From: Octopus vulgaris
Lineage: Eukaryota
Assembly (NCBI GenBank): GCA_951406725.2
Contig: OX597823.1
Location: 19,468,001-19,532,000 of the forward strand
DNA: 64,000 nt
Reading direction: 5' to 3'
Numbering within the stretch: the stretch's first letter is position 1; each line of letters starts with the position of its first letter. Shown piece by piece: positions 13,044-25,105 of this stretch. Both the position numbers and the translations under genes were made by a program. The notes below the pieces were generated by a model. The model made no database searches. It was not told the DNA's origin and worked only from the letters and a program-made list of their open reading frames with translations.

Positions 13044-13220
13044 TGTATGTATGTATGTATATCTAAAATTTTGGTAGAGACAGTCATGGCTGTAAGAGCC
13101 AGCATAGCTGTATAGTAAAAAGTTTGCTTCCCAACAACACGGTCCCAAGTTCAGTCCCACTGCAGGACACTTTGTTTTCTACTATATATTACAAAAACAC
13201 ACACAAACACACAAAATGAA

Positions 13221-13548
13221 GGTGCATGGCTCAGTGGTTAGAGCGTTGGGTTCACAATCATGAGGTAGTGTGTTCGATTACCAGACCAGGCTGTATGTTG
13301 TGTTCTGAAGCTAGGTACTTTATTTCATGTTGCTCCGGTTCTCTCAACTGTAAAAACGAGTTTCAAGCTGTATCGGCCCCTTTGCCTTTCCCTTGGATAA
13401 CATCAGTGGCATGGAGAAAGGAAGCTGGTATGCGTGGATAACTGCTGGTCTTCCATAAACAACCTTGCCTGGACCTGTGCCTCGGAGAGTAACTTTCTAG
13501 GTGCAAACCCATGGTCATTCATGACTGAAAGGGGGGCGGGGTCTTCAC
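13221..13548 (+). mobile_element. SINE family B
   Basis: Colinear with 4718-5058. Confidence 0.8.
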
Positions 13549-14306
13549 TTTTACACACACAAATACATGTGTATGTATGTCTTGCAAACAACTTGCACAT
13601 GCAAGTGCTACCAGTCAAAAGCTCCGTATACCGGAAGCCAGTAAAGTGTATGGGGGTCATCAGGAGAGAATGCGCGCCGTTTTGGGGCCTACCTCTCGAC
13701 AGTATCAATGCGCACCGGCTCCCCCCCTCACTGATATGAGGCCCCGCTTGCTAGATCAGCTGGTGTGAATGTGTCTCCTTGTCTTGATATGACATAGCTG
13801 TAAATGAGTGTCACCGCCATACAAGCAGTGTCCTTTTCATTTCCAATATTCTGCTAAGATATTTCTGGGGGAAATATCACCTTGTTTGGAAACAAGCTGG
13901 AGAGGGGGGGGTTAAACAGGAAGGGCATCTGGCCACAGGAAATCTGTCTCAATAAACTCAGTCTACGCAAGCATTATCAAAAAGATGATGATATATTTAG
14001 GCAGCAAGTTTGAAGAGTCATTATGGCTTTGAATAGAATATCTTGTGTCATGTTTTCCAGCCCTCTGAGTTCAAATACAGTCAAAGTCAACTTTGCCTGT
14101 CATTCCTTGGGTTCTATAAAGTACAAGCCCAATATCAAGGTCAAGGGCTTCTATTCCTGTTCTTCTCTTACTCTACCTTCTGGAAGAAATAGGCTGCGCT
14201 CACACTTGGAGTGGGATGTGTTCTGCCATATTTAAAATGCCCGTTATGACAGCAACTTTACAATTGAAATCCCAAGGAAGGAAGGAAGGAAGGATGCTTT
14301 ATATAT

Positions 14307-14927
14307 AGGAGCAGGAGTGGCTGTGTGCTAAGTAGCTTGCTTACCAACTGCAAGGTTCCGGGTTCAGTCCCACTGTGTGGCACCTAGGCCAAGTGACTTC
14401 TACTATAACCTCAGACCGACCAAAGCCTTGTGAGTGGATTTGGTAGACGGAAACTGAAAGAAGCCTGTCGTATATATATGTATATGTTTGTGTGTGTGTT
14501 TGGTACCCCCCCCCCCAACATCATTGCTTGACAACCGATGTTGGTATGTTTACATCCCCATAACTTAGAGGTTCGGCAAAAGAGACTGATAAAATAAATA
14601 TTTAGGCTTACAAAGAATAAATCCCGGGATCGATTTGTTCAACTGAAGGCGGTGCTCCATCATCATCATCATCATCATTGTTCGACCGTGGTCGAGACAA
14701 TGGAATTTACCATGCTACGCCAGACTTCACGGCCCATCATGGCATTACGGACCGTCTGAGAGAAAAAAAAAAGAGATATGATAATGGATGAAGCTTGAAA
14801 CATATTCTTTTATTCTTTTATTTGTTTCAGTCATTTGACTGCGGTCATGCTGGAGCACCGCCTCGTGCCATGATGAGGCGGTGCTGCAGCATGACCGCAG
14901 TCAAATGACTGAAACAAATAAAAGAAT
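14307..14927 (+). mobile_element. SINE family A split by an RTE fragment and inverted duplication
   Basis: Body 14307-14658, tail resumes at about 14876. Confidence 0.85.
14658..14753 (-). mobile_element. RTE-type LINE extreme 3' end with (ATG)n tail, inserted into a SINE
   Basis: Minus strand VRNAMMGREVWRSMVNSIVSTTVEQ* followed by (TGA)n. Interrupts a family A SINE at GGCGGTGCTCCA. Confidence 0.6.
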
Positions 14928-14981
14928 ATGTTTCAAGCTTCATCCATTACCATATCTCTCTTTTTTTTCCTCTCAGACAGT
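14751..14981. repeat. Inverted duplication (fold-back, about 110-bp arms)
   Basis: 14751-14864 is the near-perfect reverse complement of 14875-14981, with a 10-nt spacer. The arms include SINE tail plus unique flank. Confidence 0.9.
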
Positions 14982-15510
14982 TTATTTGGTGCGGTATTAC
15001 TTGACACAGTCCTTCCTTCATTTATAAACAGTATGGTTTGAAAGAGATTTGTTGCATTATCCCTGGTAGGTTTGAGTGGCTGCACAGAGGCTCCCTCGCT
15101 GACTTCTGCGTATGTATGTCACTGATGTTGTTACTGTTAATCCCCCAAGTAAGCCCAGATTTAGCAGATCTAAGATCAAAGGCATTCCAGCTGTGACCAT
15201 CTATTTTTTTTTTCTTTCAGGCATGTGAATCTAGAATTACATTATCCAAGGTGTCCTTCCTTTTCCACTTTTTTTGTGTGTGTGTGTGTGTGTATGATTT
15301 GAGGGAGATTTGGTTGCCATTTAAAAAAGCACTTTATACAAATAGATTTTTTTTTATCTATTTAGTCAAAGCTAAAGCTCTATTCTACCACATCTAATTC
15401 TTCAGATACTTTCAAAGCAGCTAAGTATGTGTGTGTGTGTGTATTTGCATGCACATACACACATACATGGCATAGACAGTCATACACATAAATACCCTTC
15501 TAGAGTACAT

Positions 15511-15549
<39 letters not shown>

Positions 15550-16105
15550 CACAATATGGCTACATTATCTATAATACTTAAATCATATTTCATTCATAAC
15601 ATCCACAACAACAAAGTAAGCAAGCCTTCACTACAGATCTAGGATTACATGCAAAAACAACGATAGCACAGAGATAACAAAATCCCAGTTAACCACACCT
15701 ATAATCTACGCTCTGCTAACATGCTCTGATCAAGATTTTGATAAGGATAAGAGAGCCAGTATTATAGCGGTAACTAAAAGTATAAATAAATAAATAAATA
15801 AATAATTTCTGGAACAATCCAGTGAGTTCTGTTGCTGCCTGAGAAGAAAAAAAAAGTCTGATGTTGTAGAAGGTAATGAGAATAATACAAAAATGTTTTG
15901 TTTTTTTCCTTGGACAAGGGTATCAAGATAATACGAAGCTAACAAATAAACAGAAAAATCTGAGGAAATTTGGTACGATGTTTAGCTGTGTTGTTGTGGG
16001 GTTAGTCCTGCTGCATGGCACATTAGGCAAGTATCTGCTACTGTAGTCTTCAGTTGATGGTTAAAGCCTTGTGAGTGAAATTTGGATGATAGAAACTGTG
16101 AGAAA

Positions 16106-16704
16106 AGCAGTGAGCTGGCAGAAACGTTAGCACGCCAGGCGAAATGCTTACTGGTATTTCGTCTACATACTGAGTTCAAATTCCGCCGAGGTCCACTTTC
16201 CCTTTCATCCTTTCGGGGTTGATTAAATAAGTACCAGTTACACACTGGGGTCAATATAATCAACTTAATCCTGTTTGTCTGTCCTTGTTTGTCCCCTCTA
16301 TGTTTTAGCCCCTTGTGGGTAATAAAGAAATAGGTATTTCGTCTGCCGCTACATTCTGAGTTCAAATTCCGCCGAAGTCGACTTTGCCTTTCATCCTTTC
16401 GGGGTCAATAAATTAAGTACCAGTTACACACTGGGGTCGATATAACCGACTTAATCCTGTTTGTCTGTCCTTGTTTGTCCCCTCTATGTTTTAGCCCCTT
16501 GTGGGTAGTAAAGAAATAGGTATTTCATCTGCCGCTACATTCTGAGTTCAAATTCTGCCAAGGTTGACTTTGCCTTTCATCCTTTCGGGGTCAATAAATT
16601 AAGTACCAGTTACACACTGGGGTCGATATAATCAACTTAATCCCATTTGTCTGCCCTTGTTTGTCCCCTCTGTGTGTTGGCCCCTGTGGGCAGTAAAGAA
16701 ATAG
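16106..16704 (+). mobile_element. Nin-like SINE with triplicated body, nested in a family A SINE
   Basis: One head plus three units of about 180-187 bp. 14-bp TSD GAAACTGTG(A/T)GAAA at 16092-16105 and 16705-16718. Confidence 0.85.
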
Positions 16705-18980
16705 GAAACTGTGTGAAACCCAGCCAGGATAATTGTTTTTTTTCTTCTTTTTTTTAGTGATACACTTAATCTGCCACTTTGTTTAATGCCACCATCTATT
16801 TCAATGGGTATCTTTAGCAGAGATCATTCTGTTGCAAATATCTGAGCCATGTCTTCATTCATAGTAAAACTTTCTCCAAGATCCTAAACAATATCACATG
16901 AGCCCCATGTCCCCCTTTTGATAAAGTCATTAAAAGAAACCAAAAACAATAACGATGGTTTAACAAACAATTCAACAAAGGTTGGGAAGTGTTGCCTGTT
17001 GTTTAGCCCCAGGTCAGCTTAACTAAGCTGATCAATGGTCAAGTTTATGTTCCACCCAAGACCAAACCATTTTTTTTGCTCTGCTATAGTATATCTAGAA
17101 CTACATTATCCAATGTGTTCATCCTGACAAAAGGGTAATGTGATTTGAGGAAGATTTGACTGCTATTTCTTGCAGATCAGGTGTCCATGTCGAGGCTCTC
17201 ATTAACAAAGATCGGAAAGTGTTGTCAGTTGTTTCGCTCCAGGTCAGCTTAACTCGGCTGATCTACCTAGTATATCTAGGAATACATTATCGAATGTGTT
17301 CACCTTGCAAAAGGGTAATGCGATTTGAGGGAGATTTGACTGCTATTTCTTGCAGGTCGGGTGACCATGTTGAGGCTCTCGTTAACTTCTTGACTGGAAG
17401 TGTGTGCTGGTGTGACAAGGGGTTGTAAAAACAGAACAAAAAAAACAAAAAAAGTGGGGGTTAAAAAAAGCTATTACATACAAGAACCAGCCTGCTACCC
17501 CCTTATCCAAAGAAAATGGACTGAGTTTGCAATAGAGACAAAGGCAACATCCTGTCCCAGCAGGATGAAAAAGTTTCCCTCTCCACCAATCAACACCTTA
17601 AGGAATTTTTCCACCACACCCAACACCCTCTCACTACTATTACATCATTCTTCAGGTCTCTGATTTATTTAAACTATTAGGGATGGAGAAGGCCATGCTA
17701 CAACACCTGTTTTTGTTGTTATTTTTTTTTTTTTTTGCTATTTTGTCAGGTTTTTTTAATTATTTTGTTTTAGGGTGGAGGACTGTTTGTTAACTGTTAA
17801 AAAATGTTTATAAAGAACTATTTGTATGTTGGGTATTTTTGGTGTTTTACAAGGGCCATGGTTGACAAAGAATGACATTCCAGAGGTAGGGAAGGAGGGT
17901 TCCATTCTGGAGAAAGAATGGAAAAATTGTGAGGAGGTGGAAGAGGTGGGGGTGACGAAACAAAGTACTTAGTAACGAAGAGAAACTGTCTTTTGTTGCG
18001 TAAAATACCAATCTGTCGCCATAGTAGTGTTGCTGTGCTGTTTGGATCAATTTCCACCGGGGGGGGGGTCATATACACACCCACCCATGCAAGAAATTGA
18101 ACATTATCTTTAACCTCCTCCTCTCCCTGGCCCCCCTGCCTCACCACTGCAACAGAAAACTAACAAAGATGGCAGAGGAGGGGGGGTGATGATGAGGCAG
18201 AAGAGGGAAGGAGAGAATGGGATAGAAGATCCCCCTTGGAACTTAAAGAACCTTACCATTTACAAGAGATTGAAGTCCAGAGTAGGAAAAGAAGTGGAGG
18301 GGTCCCATCTACTCATTATCCCCCACACTATCTTGAATTCTATTACATCAAGCTATTTCTGTTCACACACACACAAAATATCCCAGATAAGACTTCTAAT
18401 GGAAACATGGGTGGTGGTGAAGGGGGGAGGGAGAGAACATCCCCCCCACCGCCACCCTGTCCACACCACGGTGAAAGAGAATGTTGTTTAATCTGTCAGC
18501 TCCACGCACCACCCTTCCATCCATCAACTTCTTCCACAGCTTTCCGCACCCCACTCCACGCAGGGCGATCCCCCCCTCCTCCTCTTCCAACCCAACCCCG
18601 TCCCAACCCCTACCTCTATACCTCATCATGTCGACCATTTAATGGTGAACTTGATACATGTGAAGCTGAAACTAGCAGAGAGTTTAGCTAATTGTGCCTA
18701 GCCAGGAACAAAAACAGCAAAAAAAAAAAGCAAAGAAAAAAAATTGACACAAAGTTTTAGGCATTTAGAAGTGTGTGTGTGTGTGCGTGCGTATGTGTGA
18801 GTGAGAGAGAGAGAGACCATGTGTGCAACAGGCTATTTGTATATACTTAGGTGAATGTCTGTATATAATGGGATATTAGTGAAATAGCCTCTGTGTTGGG
18901 TGTGTGTGTTTATACACAGGCAGAGAGAGAAAGAGAGAGAGGAAAAGAGAGAGTGATATCTATATATGTATATTTTTTTT

Positions 18981-19448
18981 ATTTATTATTCTTATACAAG
19001 AATGTTGTTGACTGACTTGGTAGTTTCGGCCAACCAAGCGACCGTTGGACTGCAATGCATTAGAGTTAGTCTTGCTTTCATATGGTCTCTGATGAGTTAA
19101 ATTAAATCTAAAAACACGAAAAGCAACAAAAATACTGTCACACCTTGTGTGTGTGTACTTAACAAAAAAGAAATACCTACAGGTTTGTTTACGAAGTTCT
19201 AAATGCATGAATGAATCTGAAGCAGTAATGCAATCCCAAATCTAATCAATTAAAATTTTATCCAAAACACCTTTCCATAACAAGCAACCACAAAAACTTA
19301 GTTACCATCCTACTCAAAGATGATTTCAACTCAACAGAGATTGTATAAAGGCAACACTAGATTTAATGCATCGCAGTCTGACAATGGCTTGGCTGGCTGA
19401 AACTTTGAAGTCACTGTCAACAATATTCTTGTATACAAATAATAAATT
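18981..19448. mobile_element. Inverted-repeat element (about 120-bp arms), each arm carrying a degenerate hammerhead; probably Penelope-derived
   Basis: Arms 18981-19105 and 19320-19448 are diverged reverse complements. Right arm: CAGT-CTGACAA-TGGCTTGGCTGGCT-GAAAC-TTTGAA-GTC-ACTG. The left arm carries the same motif on the minus strand. Confidence 0.6.
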
Positions 19449-19547
19449 TGTACTCTACATAAGTATAGAGTAACCCAGCAAACTGAACTGAATTTGTTTT
19501 AATTATAACTTATTATAAAAACATAAATATACACACACAAACATATA

Positions 19548-19730
19548 TTTTTTTTCTCTCCTTGTTTCTCTCCGTGTTTCTTTTCTGTGTATCTTTCTGT
19601 TGAAAAGCGTAGGCTCGAAATGTAAAAGACTTGTTTTATTTATATTCCTGAGTGCCATACTAATACAATTGTTTGTTTGTATTCCACCTGCCTTCGTCTT
19701 TTGTTTATTTTCATAAAGCTTCCCGTTATA
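19548..19730 (+). mobile_element. Same hammerhead-like repeat, copy 3
   Basis: TCTTT-CTGTTGA-A-AAGCGTAGGCTC-GAAA-TGTA-AAAGA, ending in a (TA)n/(TATC)n tract. Confidence 0.55.
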
Positions 19731-20042
19731 TATATATATCTCTCTATATCTATATCTATATATATATATCTATATCTATATATATATATCTATATCTATA
19801 TATCTATATATATATATCTATATATATATATCTATATATATATATCTATATCTATATATCTATATCTATATATATATATCTATATATATATATCTATATA
19901 TATATATCTATATATATATATCTATATATATATATCTATATATATATATATCTATATCTATATCTATATATATATCTATATCTATATCTATATATATATC
20001 TATATATATATCTATATCTCTATATATATATATATATATATA
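19727..20042. repeat. (TA)n/(TATATC)n microsatellite
   Basis: Direct inspection. Confidence 0.95.
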
Positions 20043-20658
20043 CTAGCAGTATTGCCTGCCTCAACAGGGATTTCAGTGGGGAGTTCAGGGAGTCGTTGGC
20101 GATGTATCGTGATGATCAAAAATCCAGCCTGCTAAAATTTGGTTAAAGTGATTCAAACTGCAGACTCAATGCAAACTGGTCACATTTAATTCAAAGCGTT
20201 AAAAATGTTATGAAAACAATTGGTATGTGTTCACAAAGTCCAAACAATTGATATCAAAAAACCCTCCAGGCTACATCCCGAAAATTCATTTCTTTGCCGA
20301 ATTTCTACAATGTTTATGGCGATTCGTTTTTATATCTTGATTTTTTATTTTTCATGCAATTTACGCATGCTTGCACGCGTGGTGAACACAGTTCACATCA
20401 AACAGCTGACTGAGCAAAGTTCACTATTCAATGCATGGGATAAGGCCTAAACAAACACGTTATCGATTTTTGCACTTGCGAGATGAATTTCAGAACAGAA
20501 ATAGCAGAGTTCAATTTTCATTCGCCTAAACTTTAAGTGACCCATTTTTGGTGGTTCTACGATTTGTTGGCTAGGAGGAGATGTGCCGGGAAGTTAAACA
20601 TACAGACACACACACAGATACAAACACAGATACACAAGTTGAGTTTTATATATATAGA
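20043..20658 (-). mobile_element. Non-autonomous Helitron
   Basis: Minus strand TCTATATATATAAAAC ... ATACTGCTAG, termini like 9582-10098. Confidence 0.7.
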
Positions 20659-21127
20659 TATATACACACACATGCACGCGTGCACAAATACATATTAACA
20701 TGTATATTCACATGTTTGTTCATTTAATGTTTTTTTTTCCATAGTAACAAGGATTATATGTATATATATTATCGAAGCCTTATTTTACAGCTGGATGCTC
20801 TTTTGTCACTGATCTTTATCCATTTTTCAAGAAAGTGATTGTGTGTGTGTGGGAAGTCAAAATGTATTTGACCATGACCACTTCTTGGATGTTACCATGG
20901 ATTGCAAAAAGAAAATAAAAATGGTCAGCTGTAGCGTTAATGACCAGTTCAAGAATAAGACAAGCTTTATTTATATCACTCTTTTCAGGTCCTTCCTGGT
21001 CAACAGGTGAGTGTTTTTATTTCGAGGAAGGGCTGCCCAGTCACTTGAGGTGTTGCAGAATCTCTCCATCACAATAGTTTGGAAAAGAACGGACCAATGT
21101 TCCAAGCCACATATATGTTTGCAATTA

Positions 21128-21689
21128 TTGGGTTGTCCGGAAAGTTCGTGCTGATTTATCGTAGCTTACCTTTCGACTTATTTTAGAACATGGTTGAGTC
21201 CATAAAATATAATTTGACTACACCTCCATTTAGAGCACAGTTCAAGCTATCTTTTTGTGGAAGAAGGTTTATGTTCCTATAACCTGTGTTAATTCTGTAA
21301 CCCTTTAAAATGGAAGATAAGTTCATTTTCGGCACTTGATGCTTTGGGAACCAGACAAAAATTGCTGCAGCTTGGCTGGGATGTGTTACCCCACCCTCCA
21401 TATTCACCAGATGTTGCTCCTTCGGATTTCCACTTATTCAGGTCTCTGCAGAATAGTCTTAATGGTAAAAATTTCAATTCCTTGGATGACGTAAAAAGAT
21501 ACCTTGATGAATTCTTTGCCATGAAACCACCTCAATTCTGGGAAGAGGGTATTTTCAAGTTAAAGGAAAGATGGAGATGCATTGTGCAACAAAATGACTC
21601 ATGTTTGGTTGATTAAAAATGTAATGGCAAGTATTTATTGGCCCTTTTCTTTCCTTTAAAAATCAGCATGAACTTTCTGGACAACCCAA
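21128..21689 (+). mobile_element. Internally deleted mariner transposon
   Basis: About 30-bp TIRs TTGGGTTGTCC(G/A)GAAAGTTC(G/A)TGCTGATTT with 2 mismatches, and TA duplications at 21126-21127 and 21690-21691. An N-terminal transposase remnant (MED..VHFRHLMLWE) is fused to the C-terminus. Confidence 0.95.
21344..21616 (+). pseudogene. Mariner transposase C-terminal fragment
   Basis: LGWDVLPHPPYSPDVAPSDFHLFRSLQN...GIFKLKERW contains the mariner YSPDLAP(S)D motif. The DNA-binding domain and first two catalytic Asp residues are deleted. Confidence 0.92.
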
Positions 21690-22826
21690 TACATACTTCC
21701 AGCTGGTCAAGCTTACTCAGCATTGCTGCAGGACTTTGTGAGAGATCCATAACATGCTTTTCAAGAAGTTCCTTGAAGGAAGTTCCTTGAAGGAAGTTCC
21801 TTGTAACAAGCAAAGTATGCTTAGAACTGCACACAATTTTTACCTTGCAGCCCAGCACTGGTTGGGGCAACCAGGAGTGAACAATCCTCAGGTTTTACAT
21901 CAGAGAATCCTTCTATTACACAGGTATTGTGACAAAAACAAGGGGCCCATGACTCTCAGGTGCTTTTACAGTGCATCTGTTCACCATCAGGAGTATTTCT
22001 GATGGATGACCATTAATTCTTGAGGGTTCAGCTATCCTTTGACATGTCTGGCTTTTCATCCTGCAGAGTATCCAAAATTACATTCCTTACCAAGTTTATG
22101 GGGGTTGCCAGTTTAGTAAGTAACCCCCATGACGGAAGCACCCAGTATACTCTGAAATGTACATCCGAGGCCAGCATAAAAGATGAATATTTATTAATAA
22201 TGATGATTTTAGTGAGGAAGGTAAAAATCCATAGATCTGTCTGTGTGTACAAATACATATCATCATCATCATCATCATCTTGATTTAATGTCTGTGTTTG
22301 GTGTTGGCATAGGCTGGATGGTTTGATAGGATCTGATGTGCACAAGGGTTGCATCATGCTCTGATGTTTGTTTTTGTATGGTTTCTACAGCTGGATGGCC
22401 TTTCTAATGCCAACCATATTACAGTGTGAACTGGGTGCATTTTTTTTTTCTGTGTCACTTGCATAATTGAGATCATCCGTCATTCAGCTTGCAGACCTAC
22501 AAACCCTGGGGAAGAGGCAGGGCAGCTTAATGCTTGTGGATGAGGGAATTGTATTACAAGAAGTTGGTGGGACAGCACAGCTTCTTGTAGAGGATCAGTA
22601 TAGCTAGTGACATCTAGTAGCGGAAGCGAGAGAAAGAAAAAACTGAAGTGTAGGAGCTGCAAGAGATAGATAATGATGATGTGGTGTCAAGGCGGCCTCA
22701 TAAGACACAACATGAGTTGATAAATTGGTTTGCAAATTGATATGAGGAAAGTGAGGATGAGGATATGCACAGGCAGACTGCCAGAATGGGTAGGGCTGAA
22801 TGGTGGGTAAGTAAGAAACTATATAT

Positions 22827-23233
22827 AGGCGCAGGAGTGGCTGTGTGGTAAGTAGCTTGTTTACCAACCACATGGTTCCAGGTTCAGTCCCACTGTGTGG
22901 CACCTTGGGCAAGTGTCTTCTACTATAGCCTCGGGCCGACCAAAGCCTTGTGAGTGGATTTGGTAGACGGAAACTGAAAGAAGCCCGTCGTATATATGTG
23001 TATATATATATATATATATATGCGTGTGTGTGTGTTCGTGTGTCTGTGTTTGTCCCCCTAGCATTGCTTGACAACTGATGCTGGTGTGTTTATGTCCCCG
23101 TTACTTAGCGGTTCGGCAAAAGAGACCGATAGAATAAGTACAGGGCTTACAAAAAGAATAAGTCCCAGGGTCGAGTTGCTTGATTAAAGGTGGTGCTCCA
23201 GCATGGCCACGGTCAGATGACTGAAACAAGTAA
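22827..23233 (+). mobile_element. SINE family A, full length
   Basis: Match to family A. Confidence 0.9.
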
Positions 23234-23524
23234 GCCACAAATGTTCTGTCCTGGTTTCCATCTTTGTATCGTCCATCTGTCCCATATGTTTTCATTGTCG
23301 TCCATTACATTCTTGTTCTGTTTTTGGAATTTATATATATATATATGTAAATGAGTTGCGACATCACTGGTGCCAAGCTCTATCAACCTTTACCTTTCCC
23401 TTGGATAACATCGGTGGCACGGAGAGGGGAGGCTGGTGGCGACTGCTGGTCTTCCATAAACAAACTTGCCCGGACTTGTGCCTCGGGCGGAAAGACCATT
23501 CAAGACTAATGAAGGTATTTTACT

Positions 23525-23558
<34 letters not shown>

Positions 23559-23559
23559 C

Positions 23560-23725
23560 AGGCATAGGAGTGGCTGTGTGGTAAGTAGCTTGCTTACGAA
23601 CCACATGGTTCTGGGTTCAGTTTCACTGTGTGGCACCTTGGGCAAGTGTGTCTTTTACTATAATAGCCTTAGGCCGACCAAAGCCTTGTGAGTGGATCTG
23701 GAAAACGGAAACTGAAAGGAACCTG

Positions 23726-23783
<58 letters not shown>

Positions 23784-23998
23784 GTGTGTATGTTTATGTG
23801 TGTGTGTCTGTGTTTGTCCCCTTAGCATCACCTGACAACTGATGTTGGTGTGTTTATGTCCCCATAACTTAGTGGTTTCGCGAAAGAAACCGATAGAATA
23901 AGTACTAGGCTTACAAAGAATAAGTCCTGGGGTCAATTTGCTCAACTGAAAGGTGGTGCTCCAGCATGGCCACAATCAAATGACTGAAACAAGTAAAA

Positions 23999-24002
<4 letters not shown>
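23560..24002 (+). mobile_element. SINE family A, full length
   Basis: Match to family A. Confidence 0.9.
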
Positions 24003-24029
<27 letters not shown>

Positions 24030-24268
24030 CTCTTTTAGCACCGCCTTTTAGTCAAGCAAATTGACCCCAGGACTTATTCTTCATATATACAGTTTAAATC
24101 TTAATTACAAAAGAATTATGAAACTGTTATTCTATGCTAATTTAGTTAATTTTGTCAAGCTCCCTTTTCAGTTTGTAAGAAAGATAATTAAATGTAATAA
24201 AATGTTTTAAAAGAAATTTAAAGTACCAATGTGATAACTGTAAACCTAGTTTTGGGCCACTCTGTATA

Positions 24269-24636
24269 TCTCTCTATATATAAATGGCAAAATGTCTGTG
24301 TGTGTGTCCTTTATACAAATCCACAATTTTTCAGTTAGCGGGCTCGCAATTTCTATGGTCATTCAAAACCGTCCAAGGGTGGTCATGCACATCTTTATAT
24401 TACCCCAGTCGCCCCGCAAAGCCATTAAAAAATCAATAGAAGTGACTTTTTTGTGAATTTTCTATCCAAAACCCAATGAAAATGCCCGAAACTTGATATG
24501 CTAATTGAATGCCAGCTAGCTGTATGTGATTGGTCGGAGATTTGGACAGTACTCGTGTGTATGTGCGCACGCACACACGCAGCTGTATATACATGCACTA
24601 GCACTATGACCTGGCTTTGCTGGGTCATAGTGCTAG
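24269..24636 (+). mobile_element. Non-autonomous Helitron, second copy of the 1509-1873 family
   Basis: Colinear with 1509-1873, same termini and hairpin. Confidence 0.85.
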
Positions 24637-24772
24637 TATATAATTAAACACACATACATATACACAAAAAGAAAAAAAGAATACATTCAAACACATGTAC
24701 AAACAAAACAAATATGCATGTATGAATGTACATGGAGATGTGTGTACACGTCAAAAATGTATAACATAGTTT

Positions 24773-25105
24773 TAATAATAATAATAATAATAATAAACAT
24801 TGTGTACAGTGCTCAGGTGCACTACAACTCATCTAAAGTGTATATATAATCAGGTGTAGTTTCGGCGGATTTCGGAAAGCATGAGGGCCTTAAAGGATGC
24901 AGTGTCATGGCAGTCAACAACTGACGCAGGCAGTTTATTCCATGCTTCAGCAACTCTGAGCGTGAAGAAATGTTTCCGAAAGTCATGGGAGCTGTGTTGA
25001 TTTCTGACTTTGTAGGCATGTCCACGTGTGTTAGACACATGGAGATCAAAAAGGTGTTCAGTGTTGTTATTGGTGAGGTGGTTGACAACTTTGTGGGCAT
25101 TTGTT
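24773..25105 (-). mobile_element. CR1-clade LINE 3' fragment with (ATT)n tail
   Basis: ORF 24850-25137(-): NTRGHAYKV...RKHFFTLRVAEAWNKLPASVV...SFK, the typical CR1 ORF2 C-terminus, followed by a short 3' UTR and (TTA)n. Confidence 0.9.
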
